A stretch of DNA of 56,327 bases. Origin: a virus. Its lineage: Duplodnaviria; Caudoviricetes. The stretch is from positions 1-56,327 of IMG/VR virus record IMGVR_UViG_3300027889_000009, one strand, 5' to 3'. Of the stretch, positions 1 to 8,159 are shown piece after piece. The notes under the pieces are model-generated. The model worked only from the letters and a program-made list of their open reading frames with translations, was not told the DNA's origin and searched no databases. Position numbers and translations under genes: made by a program. Within the stretch, counting starts at the first letter, position 1, and each line of letters starts with the position of its first letter.

Positions 1-811
1 CGGCAACCGCTGCCCACCGATCTTGCCAGAGCTTCACCTGGTCCTCTTTGCCGTTCCCCTTCGCCGCCGGTTCAGGTGGGCCAATCTTCTCCACACCCGC
101 TGGTCCCACGCGGAAGGTGAAGGTCTGCTGGCTGGGGTTGTTTTTAACGGCCTTCAGGAGTTCGGCGACTGCCAAAATTTGAGCGACCTGGGCGCGGTTC
201 TGGCTTTCCTGTGCGACCAGCTGCTGGAACCCCGTGACGGCGGCGCTGTGCAGGCGTTCGGTGCCGGCGCCGAACTGGGCGGCCATTTGGTAGAGTTGGG
301 CGACGTTGTTGTCCGAGTAACTGCCGAGTAGCTGGGCGAACGACGATGCGTACAGCGTCCCCGCCGTAGCGCCGTATGTATTCGTGTAACTCCCTGAGTA
401 ACCGTAGGGGATGGTGGTCACGCTGCTGCCGACGACGGTGGTGCCGTACTTGGCAGAGAGCAAAGCGATAGCCTGATTGAACGCGACCTTATCGGCAAGG
501 GCGGCGTCCAGTTTCAGGAACTCAGTGCGCCAGTTCTCCGTGTACTGGATGGTTGGTGTGGCTGGCGCTGGCGGTTGAACGTAGACCACCTGGACCGGGG
601 TGTAGGCGTAGCCGGAGTAGCCTGGGTAGTACACGCCGCAGCTGTAATAACTGGCTGTCGTGTATGGCGAACGGGAATACGCTTGGTTTCCGTACCACCA
701 GTAGTTGTCGCGGTAGGTGTAACCGCTCGGCGTGGTGTAGCCGTTGCTATACTGGCTCAGGCAAATAGGCGAAAAGGTCAAGATGAACAAAACTGCCAAG
801 AGATTCTTCAA
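1..811 (-). CDS. Exported Tyr/Gly-rich protein of planctomycete type (3' end runs off the window)
   Basis: Not in the ORF track. AAGGAG then TTG start at 811; translates MKNLLAVLFILTFSPICLSQYSNGYTTPSGYTYRDNYWWYG...NWRTEFLKL...WQDRWAAVA and stays open to position 1; N-terminal signal peptide. Confidence 0.8.
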   Translation of the reverse strand, partial: MKNLLAVLFILTFSPICLSQYSNGYTTPSGYTYRDNYWWYGNQAYSRSPYTTASYYSCGVYYPGYSGYAYTPVQVVYVQPPAPATPTIQYTENWRTEFLKLDAALADKVAFNQAIALLSAKYGTTVVGSSVTTIPYGYSGSYTNTYGATAGTLYASSFAQLLGSYSDNNVAQLYQMAAQFGAGTERLHSAAVTGFQQLVAQESQNRAQVAQILAVAELLKAVKNNPSQQTFTFRVGPAGVEKIGPPEPAAKGNGKEDQVKLWQDRWAAVA

Positions 812-1319
812 AGAATTTCTCCTTCGCGTGTTTTTGGACAACTTCTTCAGTGGCACTTCTCCATGCTTTGCGGTAAACAACAGCGTAGACAATGTGCCTA
901 GGTACGCCATGCTTCCTAACCAATTCGCAACTTCTCATGCCTTTGGCATGGTCTTCGTAGATAGCAACGGCTTTGTCGTCGCTTATGGTCGCTAGGCCAT
1001 GCTTCTCTCCAGGGTGCATCCTGTTTTTCTTAACTGCATCTGCGACATTTTCTTGGTGCGTTCCAAGGAAAAGGTGTTCAGGGTTACAGCATGGCGGATT
1101 GTCGCAACGATGGCAAACATGGCCTTTTCCTGGGTCACCATAATGGATTCTGTACATCTCTCGATGGACATATCCGTTCTTGTTGCCGCCGACACACACA
1201 AGACCGTAACCAAGTGGTAATTTTGCTCCTGACCACTCCCAGCATCCATTTTCTTTGACAACGACCCTGCCCTTTATCTTTTGCAGAAGAGTCGCGTCGT
1301 CGATACGATGACGTGGCAT
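747..1319 (-). CDS. HNH homing endonuclease (HNH_3 type) with C-terminal HTH-like region
   Basis: GCWEWSG...GYG...VHREMY...VCHRCDNPPCCNPEHLFLGTHQENVAD motif; AGGAG RBS. Confidence 0.92.
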   Translation of the reverse strand: MPRHRIDDATLLQKIKGRVVVKENGCWEWSGAKLPLGYGLVCVGGNKNGYVHREMYRIHYGDPGKGHVCHRCDNPPCCNPEHLFLGTHQENVADAVKKNRMHPGEKHGLATISDDKAVAIYEDHAKGMRSCELVRKHGVPRHIVYAVVYRKAWRSATEEVVQKHAKEKFFEESLGSFVHLDLFAYLPEPV

Positions 1320-1406
1320 GACTTGGCACTCCTAATGCCTTGTTGTGCAGAACCCGCCGGGCGTTCACATCGCTCGGCGTGTTCGTTTATCCTAGCAATT
1401 CCGCCG

Positions 1407-1493
1407 TCACGTTGCCATCACACTGGCGACGGCGGCGATGATGGCGAACACCAGGCCGACGCGGAGGAGTTGCAGGAGAATCAGTTTACGCAT
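1407..1493 (-). CDS. 28-aa hydrophobic membrane peptide
   Basis: MRKLILLQLLRVGLVFAIIAAVASVMAT*, AAGGA RBS directly after the Tad1-like gene. Confidence 0.5.
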   Translation of the reverse strand: MRKLILLQLLRVGLVFAIIAAVASVMAT

Positions 1494-1503
1494 GGGGTTC
1501 CTT

Positions 1504-1890
1504 TCAAACGGTATGGGTGCCTTCAACACCACGGGCGAGCCGCTTTTCTGTGCGATGCTTCAGCCAGCCAATGGCCTCGCGGACGTGATACAGGGCTTGT
1601 TGGTTTTCAAAACAGGAATATTGGCCAGATTCAAAACCTTCAAGGCGATCTGCAAGAATAGCCAATAATGCTTCGTGAGTTACCCCGTTGGTTCCCACTT
1701 CGGCGATAGGTCCATTTTGGAACGGTATGACAACCTTCCTTTGATCGTGTCCCGTCATGTCATGCCCATCGGTGTTGCCCCACTCGATTTCATAGACGTG
1801 GTTGGCGTTACTGTGGCCACGCTCATCGGTCGCGCAGACCGTCAAGCCATCGTTGACGCGGTTGACCTTGTGGCTGGTTAATTCTCGCAT
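1504..1890 (-). CDS. tad1: Tad1-like anti-defence sponge protein (Thoeris anti-defence 1 family)
   Basis: NHVYEI...IPFQNGP...NGVTHEALLAILADRLEGFESGQYSCFENQQALYHVREAIGWLKHRTEKRLARGVEGT parallels the Tad1 pattern as I recall it (HxY...IxFQxG...GV...LLxIxxDRLxxFQxGxFxxRENxxALxHxxEAxxWxxxRxxxRxxRxVxGT); 128 aa. Confidence 0.88.
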   Translation of the reverse strand: MRELTSHKVNRVNDGLTVCATDERGHSNANHVYEIEWGNTDGHDMTGHDQRKVVIPFQNGPIAEVGTNGVTHEALLAILADRLEGFESGQYSCFENQQALYHVREAIGWLKHRTEKRLARGVEGTHTV

Positions 1891-1900
1891 GGTGGTCCTT

Positions 1901-2173
1901 TCACAGATAGTTGCGTTGGTTGCACAGCATCCTGTGCAGAACTTCTTCGAGCGGAGAACCGTCTTCGCACTTATCGGCCACCTTCAGCAGTTCTTCCAAT
2001 CCTGCCAACTCACGCCTCTTGTCGGCGACGATTTTCTGAAGTCGTTCTTTTGCCAGGTCGCGACTAGGAACGTCGCGGTATTTGCCGCGGCTTGGCGGAT
2101 ACTCGCCCATGACATTGGAATTTGCTTCCGCTTGTGTGATTTCTCGCATGATTTTTTCCATTTCCTTGCTCAT
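1901..2173 (-). CDS. Hypothetical helical protein
   Basis: 90-aa ORF tightly packed in the operon. Confidence 0.7.
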   Translation of the reverse strand: MSKEMEKIMREITQAEANSNVMGEYPPSRGKYRDVPSRDLAKERLQKIVADKRRELAGLEELLKVADKCEDGSPLEEVLHRMLCNQRNYL

Positions 2174-2174
2174 T

Positions 2175-2843
2175 TTACTTTGTGGTCGTGAAGTCCAGAC
2201 GTGTTTCCTTGCCCGCCCGGACTATCGCTTGCCGCTCCACAGTCTTCCCGTTGACCGTCACAGCGATAGTGTACGCGAAATCCTTGCCGTGCTCCAGGTC
2301 GGGCGTTTTGTACGCCCTTTCCACACCAGAAAGCGACGTCTTCTGCCCCCCAATCGTTACCGTCGCATCCGCCGCCACCGTCACCACGATGGTCCCCGGT
2401 TCAGGGGGCAACTCCTTCTTTACATCGGGCACCGCCGCCTTGTCACCCTTCCCCAGCGGCGGACCAGCAACCGCCGTCCCGTCCACCTTGGCCCGCGCTT
2501 CAGCGGCCAGTTTTTCGGCCATCGCCTTGTCGGCGTCCGCCTGTTTCGCCAGCGCATGGGCGGCAGCTGCACGCTCGGCGGCTTCCTTGGCCAGAGCGGT
2601 GCGGTAGTCGGCTTCGGCGACATTGGCCTTGCGATCAGCAACTTCGGCTTCTTTCGCAGCGAGGTCGTAAGCTGCCTTGGCGGCGTGCAGCTTTTCTTGC
2701 GCAGCGGCAGCATACGCTCTGGCTATGGTCGCAGCAGTGCCGACATCTTGCAAGGACGGCGGTTGCTGAAAGTAAATCGAAAACTGAAACAGGCCAGCAG
2801 CGCCGAGCCACATTAGCCCAAGAATAGGATGTATATGATTCAT
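2175..2843 (-). CDS. Exported protein with Ala/Lys coiled coil and C-terminal planctomycete TIGR03000-like domain
   Basis: N-terminal hydrophobic segment; C-terminus TIVVTVAADATVTIGGQKTSLSGVERAYKTPDLEHGKDFAYTIAVTVNGKTVERQAIVRAGKETRLDF matches the TIGR03000 pattern. Confidence 0.85.
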   Translation of the reverse strand: MNHIHPILGLMWLGAAGLFQFSIYFQQPPSLQDVGTAATIARAYAAAAQEKLHAAKAAYDLAAKEAEVADRKANVAEADYRTALAKEAAERAAAAHALAKQADADKAMAEKLAAEARAKVDGTAVAGPPLGKGDKAAVPDVKKELPPEPGTIVVTVAADATVTIGGQKTSLSGVERAYKTPDLEHGKDFAYTIAVTVNGKTVERQAIVRAGKETRLDFTTTK

Positions 2844-2846
2844 GGT

Positions 2847-3545
2847 TCACACCTTCCTTTCGGCTTTGAAGTTCGGCTCCGACCACACTTCCAAGTAGTC
2901 CAGGTGCCCATTGAGTCGGATGACAAGAAACGGGTCTGGATCCCTGATAAGACGCGACACTTCCATGTATTCCACGAACACGCACACTTCTGGAGCGAGC
3001 GCCTTGATGTCCATAGCAGTCTGCAAGGCAAAAGTCGGCACTATGCCTTTCGATACGCCATATTCCGTCAGTGGGCGCATAACCCATCGTGCTTCCGTCT
3101 TTGGTCCGCTGATGACCAGAGCGGTGACAAATGAAACCAACGCGGTCATGAATAATGAAGCCATGAACTTGGCTACGCCGATTTGCGTGGCGTACAAGTC
3201 AAAGTTCTCGTTCAGCATGCCGTTGCAAATCAAACAGAAATAGCCTGTTGTCAAAGCGCCAAGCACCGAACCAACCAAAGTGACGGCAAGAAGAAAAACC
3301 ACGAATGGACTGTCGTTTCCAATCTTGCTACCAATCGTTTGTCGCACCATGCGTTCCTGGTACTCACGCACCGATTCCGGCGTGAACGGTGCGATGTCGA
3401 GTTTGCGGTACACTTCCCGCAGCGTGCTGGGCACCACTTGTTTTTCGAGTGCCGTATAGCCGAGTATGTTGGCAACTTCGGTGGCAAACGTGTCGTCTGG
3501 TGACGGTTCGGTGGCGATGGGGGCGCGGATGAGTGTGGCGGCCAT
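2847..3545 (-). CDS. Two-TM membrane protein
   Basis: Start MAATLIRAP with AAGGA RBS; two hydrophobic segments; C-terminal PDPFLVI..WxEPxF. Confidence 0.75.
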   Translation of the reverse strand: MAATLIRAPIATEPSPDDTFATEVANILGYTALEKQVVPSTLREVYRKLDIAPFTPESVREYQERMVRQTIGSKIGNDSPFVVFLLAVTLVGSVLGALTTGYFCLICNGMLNENFDLYATQIGVAKFMASLFMTALVSFVTALVISGPKTEARWVMRPLTEYGVSKGIVPTFALQTAMDIKALAPEVCVFVEYMEVSRLIRDPDPFLVIRLNGHLDYLEVWSEPNFKAERKV

Positions 3546-3550
3546 TGTTG

Positions 3551-4030
3551 TTATCCTTTCGTTGGTTGTTTCTGCAAGATTTCTTCGTCGATGATGTTCG
3601 CAATCCGTGTGGCCGCGTTGGCGTCCATGACGTAGTTGCGCATGTCCTGGTCGCACCAGATGCGGGCGGCAATGTGCAGGGCTTTCTCGGATGGCACCAT
3701 GTTCAAGCACGAAACTGGCGGCACTGATGGGCGATAATCGTCTGCCACGCAACTACCATCGGGCATAACTTGTACCGGCGGTCCTTCATCAGCACGGTCA
3801 AGTATTTCTTCCAACTCGGCAATCGTCGGCCGCGCTTTGGTGACGGGCGGCGACTTGGCTTCGCCGTCATCCTTGCCGTACCATTTATCCCGCGCCCGCA
3901 CGGCCTGATTGAAAGCGTACAGGCATTGCTTGAGATACGTCGCCAAGATGAAGTCGGGAGTGCTACTGCCATTTTCCATGTTGTGGCAGTTGATGGCGTT
4001 GGCGATGCTTTGCTCGAAACTTGCGGTCAT
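3551..4030 (-). CDS. Conserved phage hypothetical protein (MENGSxTPDFILAxYL family)
   Basis: N-terminal INCHNMENGSSTPDFILATYLKQCL motif of a kind seen in diverse phages; 4-bp overlap with the upstream gene. Confidence 0.75.
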   Translation of the reverse strand: MTASFEQSIANAINCHNMENGSSTPDFILATYLKQCLYAFNQAVRARDKWYGKDDGEAKSPPVTKARPTIAELEEILDRADEGPPVQVMPDGSCVADDYRPSVPPVSCLNMVPSEKALHIAARIWCDQDMRNYVMDANAATRIANIIDEEILQKQPTKG

Positions 4031-6033
4031 TTAAGCACCTTTGGTTGTGTGGTCAGCGTTTCTTCCGGTTTCGTCTTCAACTGTTCCTGTTGCGGTTCCG
4101 GTGGCAACGATGCCCGCGCCACCTGCACCCGTTTTGCCATGAACGAAAAGACGAGCCAATACTGCGATGCGTTGATTCCTTCCACCGATGGTGTCCAAAG
4201 CGCTGCGATGCGTGCGTCTTCCGCTGGTCCCACGGGTGGCAGGTACTTGCTCAGTTGCTCAGCAGCGTGGTTGCGGTTCTTGAACGGGATGCCCAGGTCT
4301 TTGCACGCCCGCCGTGCGTCGGCCAGTTCATACCATTTGTTATAGATTGCCCCGATGCGCTCCCCCGCCAACTTCACCACGTCCAGTTGGGTCTTGCTCG
4401 CCTTCCACGGCCCCGTCACCTTCAAAATGGCTCTCGCGTAATTGTCCCGCGCCGCTGGCAGCGCTGCAAGTTCCAAGTCGCCAGCGTACAGGCCAGCGAG
4501 CCGGTTCACCACGTCGGCCTGCGTTCCCTTGCCGCTGATGTCGCCAAGGATGTCAACGCCGCGTCCCTTGTAGCCTTTCACCAGGGACATGACGTCGTTG
4601 GTGAGCGTGCGCCACCCATCGTCGGAGCGGTGGCATCGGATACAACCAATCGCTGGCTGGAGTCGCTGGGGGTGTGGCGAAGGCACGGTCGAGTCGTTTG
4701 CGACGTCCGGTGGCACTTCACGTTGCAACTTTCCATTTCCATCGAACAGTGCGAAGGTATGCAGTCCGAACTGATTCGTGGCGATGACTTCACGGGCGTC
4801 ATCGACGAACGAAAGCAGATTGAGCATGGCGTCACGGGCGATGTCAATCTGCTTCTGCTTCACGTCCCTCGTCACGATCACGACGGCTTGACCGTCAGAC
4901 GGGCGAGACGCCCTTGTGGGAATAGCATCGGCACGCCTTGGCCTGCCTGTCACCCCGGAACGGAACACGGCCACCCTGTTTTCAGGGCGGTTTTCTTCAA
5001 AAGCCCTTTGAGCGGCATTGCCAGCCGAAGTGGCACTGCCTACGCCAAGGCGGAACAGGAACAGGTCTTCATCCGTGATGCCTTTTTGTTTCGATTCCTT
5101 GATGCCGACCAGCTCATAGTAAAGGCCGCTCCAGATGGTCTTGAATACCCCGTCATCCTGGATGCTCGACAAAGCGCGGAACACGAAGTATTCGTGGTTC
5201 ACCACCGGCGCTTCCGATTGCGTCTCATGCACCAGCGCCGCCATCAACCGTGGGTCAATGTGCTCGCCCACGAGTCTCAGCACGTCCCCGTTGTCCAGCC
5301 CCGTGACGGTGACGACTTCGGTAACGGTTTCATCTTCCCAACGCTGTGTATACGTCTTGCCGTCCGTGTGGACGAACGGCGGCACGGTGACCAGTTTGTT
5401 CTGCTTGAGAACCTTCGTGACGGTCTTCTTTCGCGTTGGGATCTTGCCAGCAACCAGAGCGCCGGCGAACTGGAGTGTATCTTTGGTCAAAAGCAACGAG
5501 AACCGTGGGTCGAATCTCATTTCTTCAAATGCTGCTGCCCATTCTCGATAGTCTTCATCCCGTGGCGCGTAGTCGCGCAGGTCGATGCGCGCCAGCAGCA
5601 CCTTGCCGTTGGTGACGGGCACCGGGCGTTTGCCAATGCTTCCCCGGCTCACAAGGTTCACGGCGTAGGAGACGGCTTGCAGGTCTTCAAACTCGCCGCT
5701 GGCGATCCAGATGTAGCGAATGTGGCAACGCAAGTCGGCGTGAATCGTCATCACGTCGGTGAGTGCCAACGCCAGTGCATCGTTCTCGCTGGCGTGCTGG
5801 TAAGCGGGCGCGGCTTGGCGGTAGAAGGCTGGTGCGGCGGCAGCGGCGAACAGCGTTGCGACCATGAAGACTACCTTGTAGTGCAAAATCTCCTTGGCCT
5901 TTTCCAGGGCAGCATGCCGTATCAGCGCCGCCGTGCTCAACCCTGCCTTCTCTGCCGCGTTTTTCAAGGTGTCCCGCATCCGCTTGGACACACGGACCAT
6001 AATGGTGCAGTCGAGCGGCTGCTTGCGTTTCAT
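4027..6033 (-). CDS. RHH DNA-binding domain fused via a hydrophobic segment to a planctomycete-type exported CxxCH (c-heme) domain
   Basis: Residues 1-50 IMVRVSKRMRDTLKNAAEKAGLSTAALIRHAALEKAKE (RHH); VVFMVATLFAAAAAPAF hydrophobic stretch; LLARIDLRDY, DAREVIA..GLHTFALFDGNGKLQREVPPDVA, GCIRCH. Confidence 0.8.
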   Translation of the reverse strand: MKRKQPLDCTIMVRVSKRMRDTLKNAAEKAGLSTAALIRHAALEKAKEILHYKVVFMVATLFAAAAAPAFYRQAAPAYQHASENDALALALTDVMTIHADLRCHIRYIWIASGEFEDLQAVSYAVNLVSRGSIGKRPVPVTNGKVLLARIDLRDYAPRDEDYREWAAAFEEMRFDPRFSLLLTKDTLQFAGALVAGKIPTRKKTVTKVLKQNKLVTVPPFVHTDGKTYTQRWEDETVTEVVTVTGLDNGDVLRLVGEHIDPRLMAALVHETQSEAPVVNHEYFVFRALSSIQDDGVFKTIWSGLYYELVGIKESKQKGITDEDLFLFRLGVGSATSAGNAAQRAFEENRPENRVAVFRSGVTGRPRRADAIPTRASRPSDGQAVVIVTRDVKQKQIDIARDAMLNLLSFVDDAREVIATNQFGLHTFALFDGNGKLQREVPPDVANDSTVPSPHPQRLQPAIGCIRCHRSDDGWRTLTNDVMSLVKGYKGRGVDILGDISGKGTQADVVNRLAGLYAGDLELAALPAARDNYARAILKVTGPWKASKTQLDVVKLAGERIGAIYNKWYELADARRACKDLGIPFKNRNHAAEQLSKYLPPVGPAEDARIAALWTPSVEGINASQYWLVFSFMAKRVQVARASLPPEPQQEQLKTKPEETLTTQPKVLK

Positions 6034-6040
6034 GCGTGGC

Positions 6041-6068
6041 AGTATAGCGTTTGTACTGCGTTTGTCAA
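6041..6068 (-). promoter_or_regulatory. Sigma-70 promoter for a leaderless transcript, with two ACAAACGC direct repeats (putative operator)
   Basis: TTGACA-N16-TATACT-N7-ATG; repeats at 6047-6054 and 6058-6065 (11-bp period). Confidence 0.8.
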
Positions 6069-6090
6069 TCGGTTTATTTACCGCGAACCC

Positions 6091-6119
6091 TTGTCCGTCC
6101 AGCGTGTCCTGCCTATCAT
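6091..6119 (+). promoter_or_regulatory. Putative sigma-70 promoter for the tRNA-like element and the 535-aa gene
   Basis: TTGTCC-N17-TATCAT, divergent from the 6041-6068 promoter. Confidence 0.5.
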
Positions 6120-6141
6120 TACTGTGCGGGCCTTCCCGTTT

Positions 6142-6214
6142 CGTGGCGTAGCTCAGTCAGCAGAGCGCACCGATATTGCCGGTGAGGTCGGGGGTGCAAT
6201 TCCTTCCGTCGCGA
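6142..6214 (+). tRNA. tRNA-like element (Pro-like C1:G72/A73 body, non-canonical anticodon loop ATATTGC)
   Basis: Cloverleaf: CGTGGCG/CGTCGCG acceptor, GCTC/GAGC D stem, CACCG/CGGTG anticodon stem, GGGGG-TGCAATT-CCTTC T arm; no encoded CCA. Confidence 0.65.
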
Positions 6215-6253
6215 CTTTTCCAAACCCGTTTCTCAAGCAATAGGGGAAGCGCC

Positions 6254-7861
6254 ATGTCCTTGACCACGTCCACCGTCCACACCGATCACGACCACTACTA
6301 CAAGGAATTCGAGCGCCTGATTGCTGACCGCATTGCGTCAGCGCAGGAGCCGCTGTTCACCACGAACGCGGAAGGCTTGTGGGAAGCCTACCTTGCCGGG
6401 ATTCCGGCAGAGCACCGGCAGTATTACAACTGCCGTTGGTGCAAGAGATTCATCGAGAAATACGGCGTGTTGGCGGCAATCAACGCCGATGGCAGAACGT
6501 CAACGTCGCTGATATGGGGCGTCGATGTTCCACGTTTCTTTCTCGACAGCGCGGTTCGGTGCGGCAACATCTTGGCGAAAGCCAAAGTCACCGGCGTCTT
6601 CATCAACGGCGATAAGGTTTGGGGCACGCCAAGCAACGTGGCCGGCGTCGGCTCCAAGTACGTCGGCCAGACCTGGACCCACCTGCACGGCACGCCGCCC
6701 ACGGTGTTCAAGTCCGCGCTGAAGACCGCCGATCAGGAATCCGCTGAGAAAACGCAGGACTACATCACGCTCAAGCGTGGCCTGGACGAATTCCCCGTCG
6801 AAGCCGTCGTGCAGGCTGTGCGCGTCCTGGAAGCCGACGCCGTTGACCGCAGTGAAAAGACACTGGGCGTCGCCAAGTGGCTGCTGGCCCTGCACCAGTC
6901 CATTGCCAGCTTGCGCGGCCCGATGCGCGACAACCTGGTGTGGCTGGCCGTCGCCAAGGCGCCGCCGGGTTGGTGTCACGTCCGCAGCACGATGATTTCG
7001 ACGCTCCTGGATGACGTTGTGCAGGGTTTGCCGTTCGAGACGATCAAGTCGCGGTGGGACGCAAAGATGCACCCGCTCAAGTATCAGCGGCCGGTAGCGC
7101 CACCGAAAGATGGCGCCATCGACGCGGCCAACAAGATCATGGCCAAACTCCAGAGCGAGGGTGCGTTGGCGCGTCGGTTCGCGCGGCTGGACGAGGTGAC
7201 GGCCCTGTGGCGTCCACGGACGGAAGAGGTTGCACCGGCGAAGGCCAAAGGCGGAGCGTTCGACCATCTGAAGGGAAAAGGCGGCACTGCTATCAAGGAA
7301 GTCGAGTTGCCCGCCAAGACAATGGGATGGAATCATTTCCGTGATACGGTGCTGCCGGATGCACTGGAAATCGAGGTACAGCTTGGATGGGGCAACCTGC
7401 CCTTCTACGGCCTGACCACCGCCGTCAACGCCGACGCGCCGGCCATCATCCAGTGGGACGGACTACCCAACCTACCGCGCAACCCGGTGGCGCAGTATTT
7501 CTGGCACGGCGGCTCGCCTGCCAGCCAGTGGGGATTGACGCCGGGGTGGTGCAAGGTGGACGCCATTTGCCTGAAGCCGTGTCACTGGCAGTCTGACAAG
7601 TTTTCGCATCATGGCGGCGGCGTATTCTTCGTGATCGCGGCAGCGCGTGAGTCGCGGATGAGCGGCGCGGCCATCTTCCCCGAAACGCTCCGCGCCGAAT
7701 ACCACAGGATCCGCAGTGTGATTGAAGCTCACTCGCGGCAGTCGGAGATTGCTGGCATGGCGGAAGGGAACGCCAACGGTATCGCTCTGGACGGGCATGG
7801 CAAGCTGACCGTGCGAGTCAAGAGCAAGAGCGGGTTGGACAGCTACGTGCTGAGCATCTAA
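6254..7861 (+). CDS. Conserved 535-aa protein of unknown function with YNCxxC motif
   Basis: GGGGAAG RBS then MSLTTST; LWEAYL...RQYYNCRWCKRFI...WTHLH...HPLKYQRP...LARRFARLDE. Confidence 0.88.
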   Translation: MSLTTSTVHTDHDHYYKEFERLIADRIASAQEPLFTTNAEGLWEAYLAGIPAEHRQYYNCRWCKRFIEKYGVLAAINADGRTSTSLIWGVDVPRFFLDSAVRCGNILAKAKVTGVFINGDKVWGTPSNVAGVGSKYVGQTWTHLHGTPPTVFKSALKTADQESAEKTQDYITLKRGLDEFPVEAVVQAVRVLEADAVDRSEKTLGVAKWLLALHQSIASLRGPMRDNLVWLAVAKAPPGWCHVRSTMISTLLDDVVQGLPFETIKSRWDAKMHPLKYQRPVAPPKDGAIDAANKIMAKLQSEGALARRFARLDEVTALWRPRTEEVAPAKAKGGAFDHLKGKGGTAIKEVELPAKTMGWNHFRDTVLPDALEIEVQLGWGNLPFYGLTTAVNADAPAIIQWDGLPNLPRNPVAQYFWHGGSPASQWGLTPGWCKVDAICLKPCHWQSDKFSHHGGGVFFVIAAARESRMSGAAIFPETLRAEYHRIRSVIEAHSRQSEIAGMAEGNANGIALDGHGKLTVRVKSKSGLDSYVLSI

Positions 7862-7880
7862 ACGAAGTGGTTGAAACATC

Positions 7881-7914
7881 AAATGGCGGGAGCCATCAAA
7901 AGCTCCCGCCATTT
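7881..7914. terminator. Probable bidirectional intrinsic terminator
   Basis: AAATGGCGGGAGC-N8-GCTCCCGCCATTT between convergent genes. Confidence 0.75.
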
Positions 7915-7919
7915 CTTAT

Positions 7920-8156
7920 TTACTTCAGCATCATGTGCCGCCCTTCCGGCCCACCATGCCCCCAGAAGTGCAGCGTCAATCCCACAATCGCCCACCCTAG
8001 CAGCGCGATGAACGGCACCCCCAGCAGCGGGTACTGCCGCACCCATGACGTGATGGTGCGGAAGTTGTTGGCGGACAAGAACCAGTCCAGGAGAAGCGTC
8101 AGGACGGTGGCGATGATGATGCTGACGAAAACGTAAAGGCCGGTGCTGCTGTACAC
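7920..8156 (-). CDS. Small two-TM membrane protein (holin candidate)
   Basis: 78 aa, two TM helices, at the end of the late block. Confidence 0.6.
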   Translation of the reverse strand: MYSSTGLYVFVSIIIATVLTLLLDWFLSANNFRTITSWVRQYPLLGVPFIALLGWAIVGLTLHFWGHGGPEGRHMMLK

Positions 8157-8159
8157 GAT

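Noticed and set aside
747-1493. Possible group I intron around the HNH gene
   Set aside because: Flanking genes have their own starts and stops, and no intron core was recognised
4021-6243. 740-aa plus-strand ORF
   Set aside because: Antisense shadow of the 668-aa gene; no motifs, and it runs over the promoter and tRNA-like element
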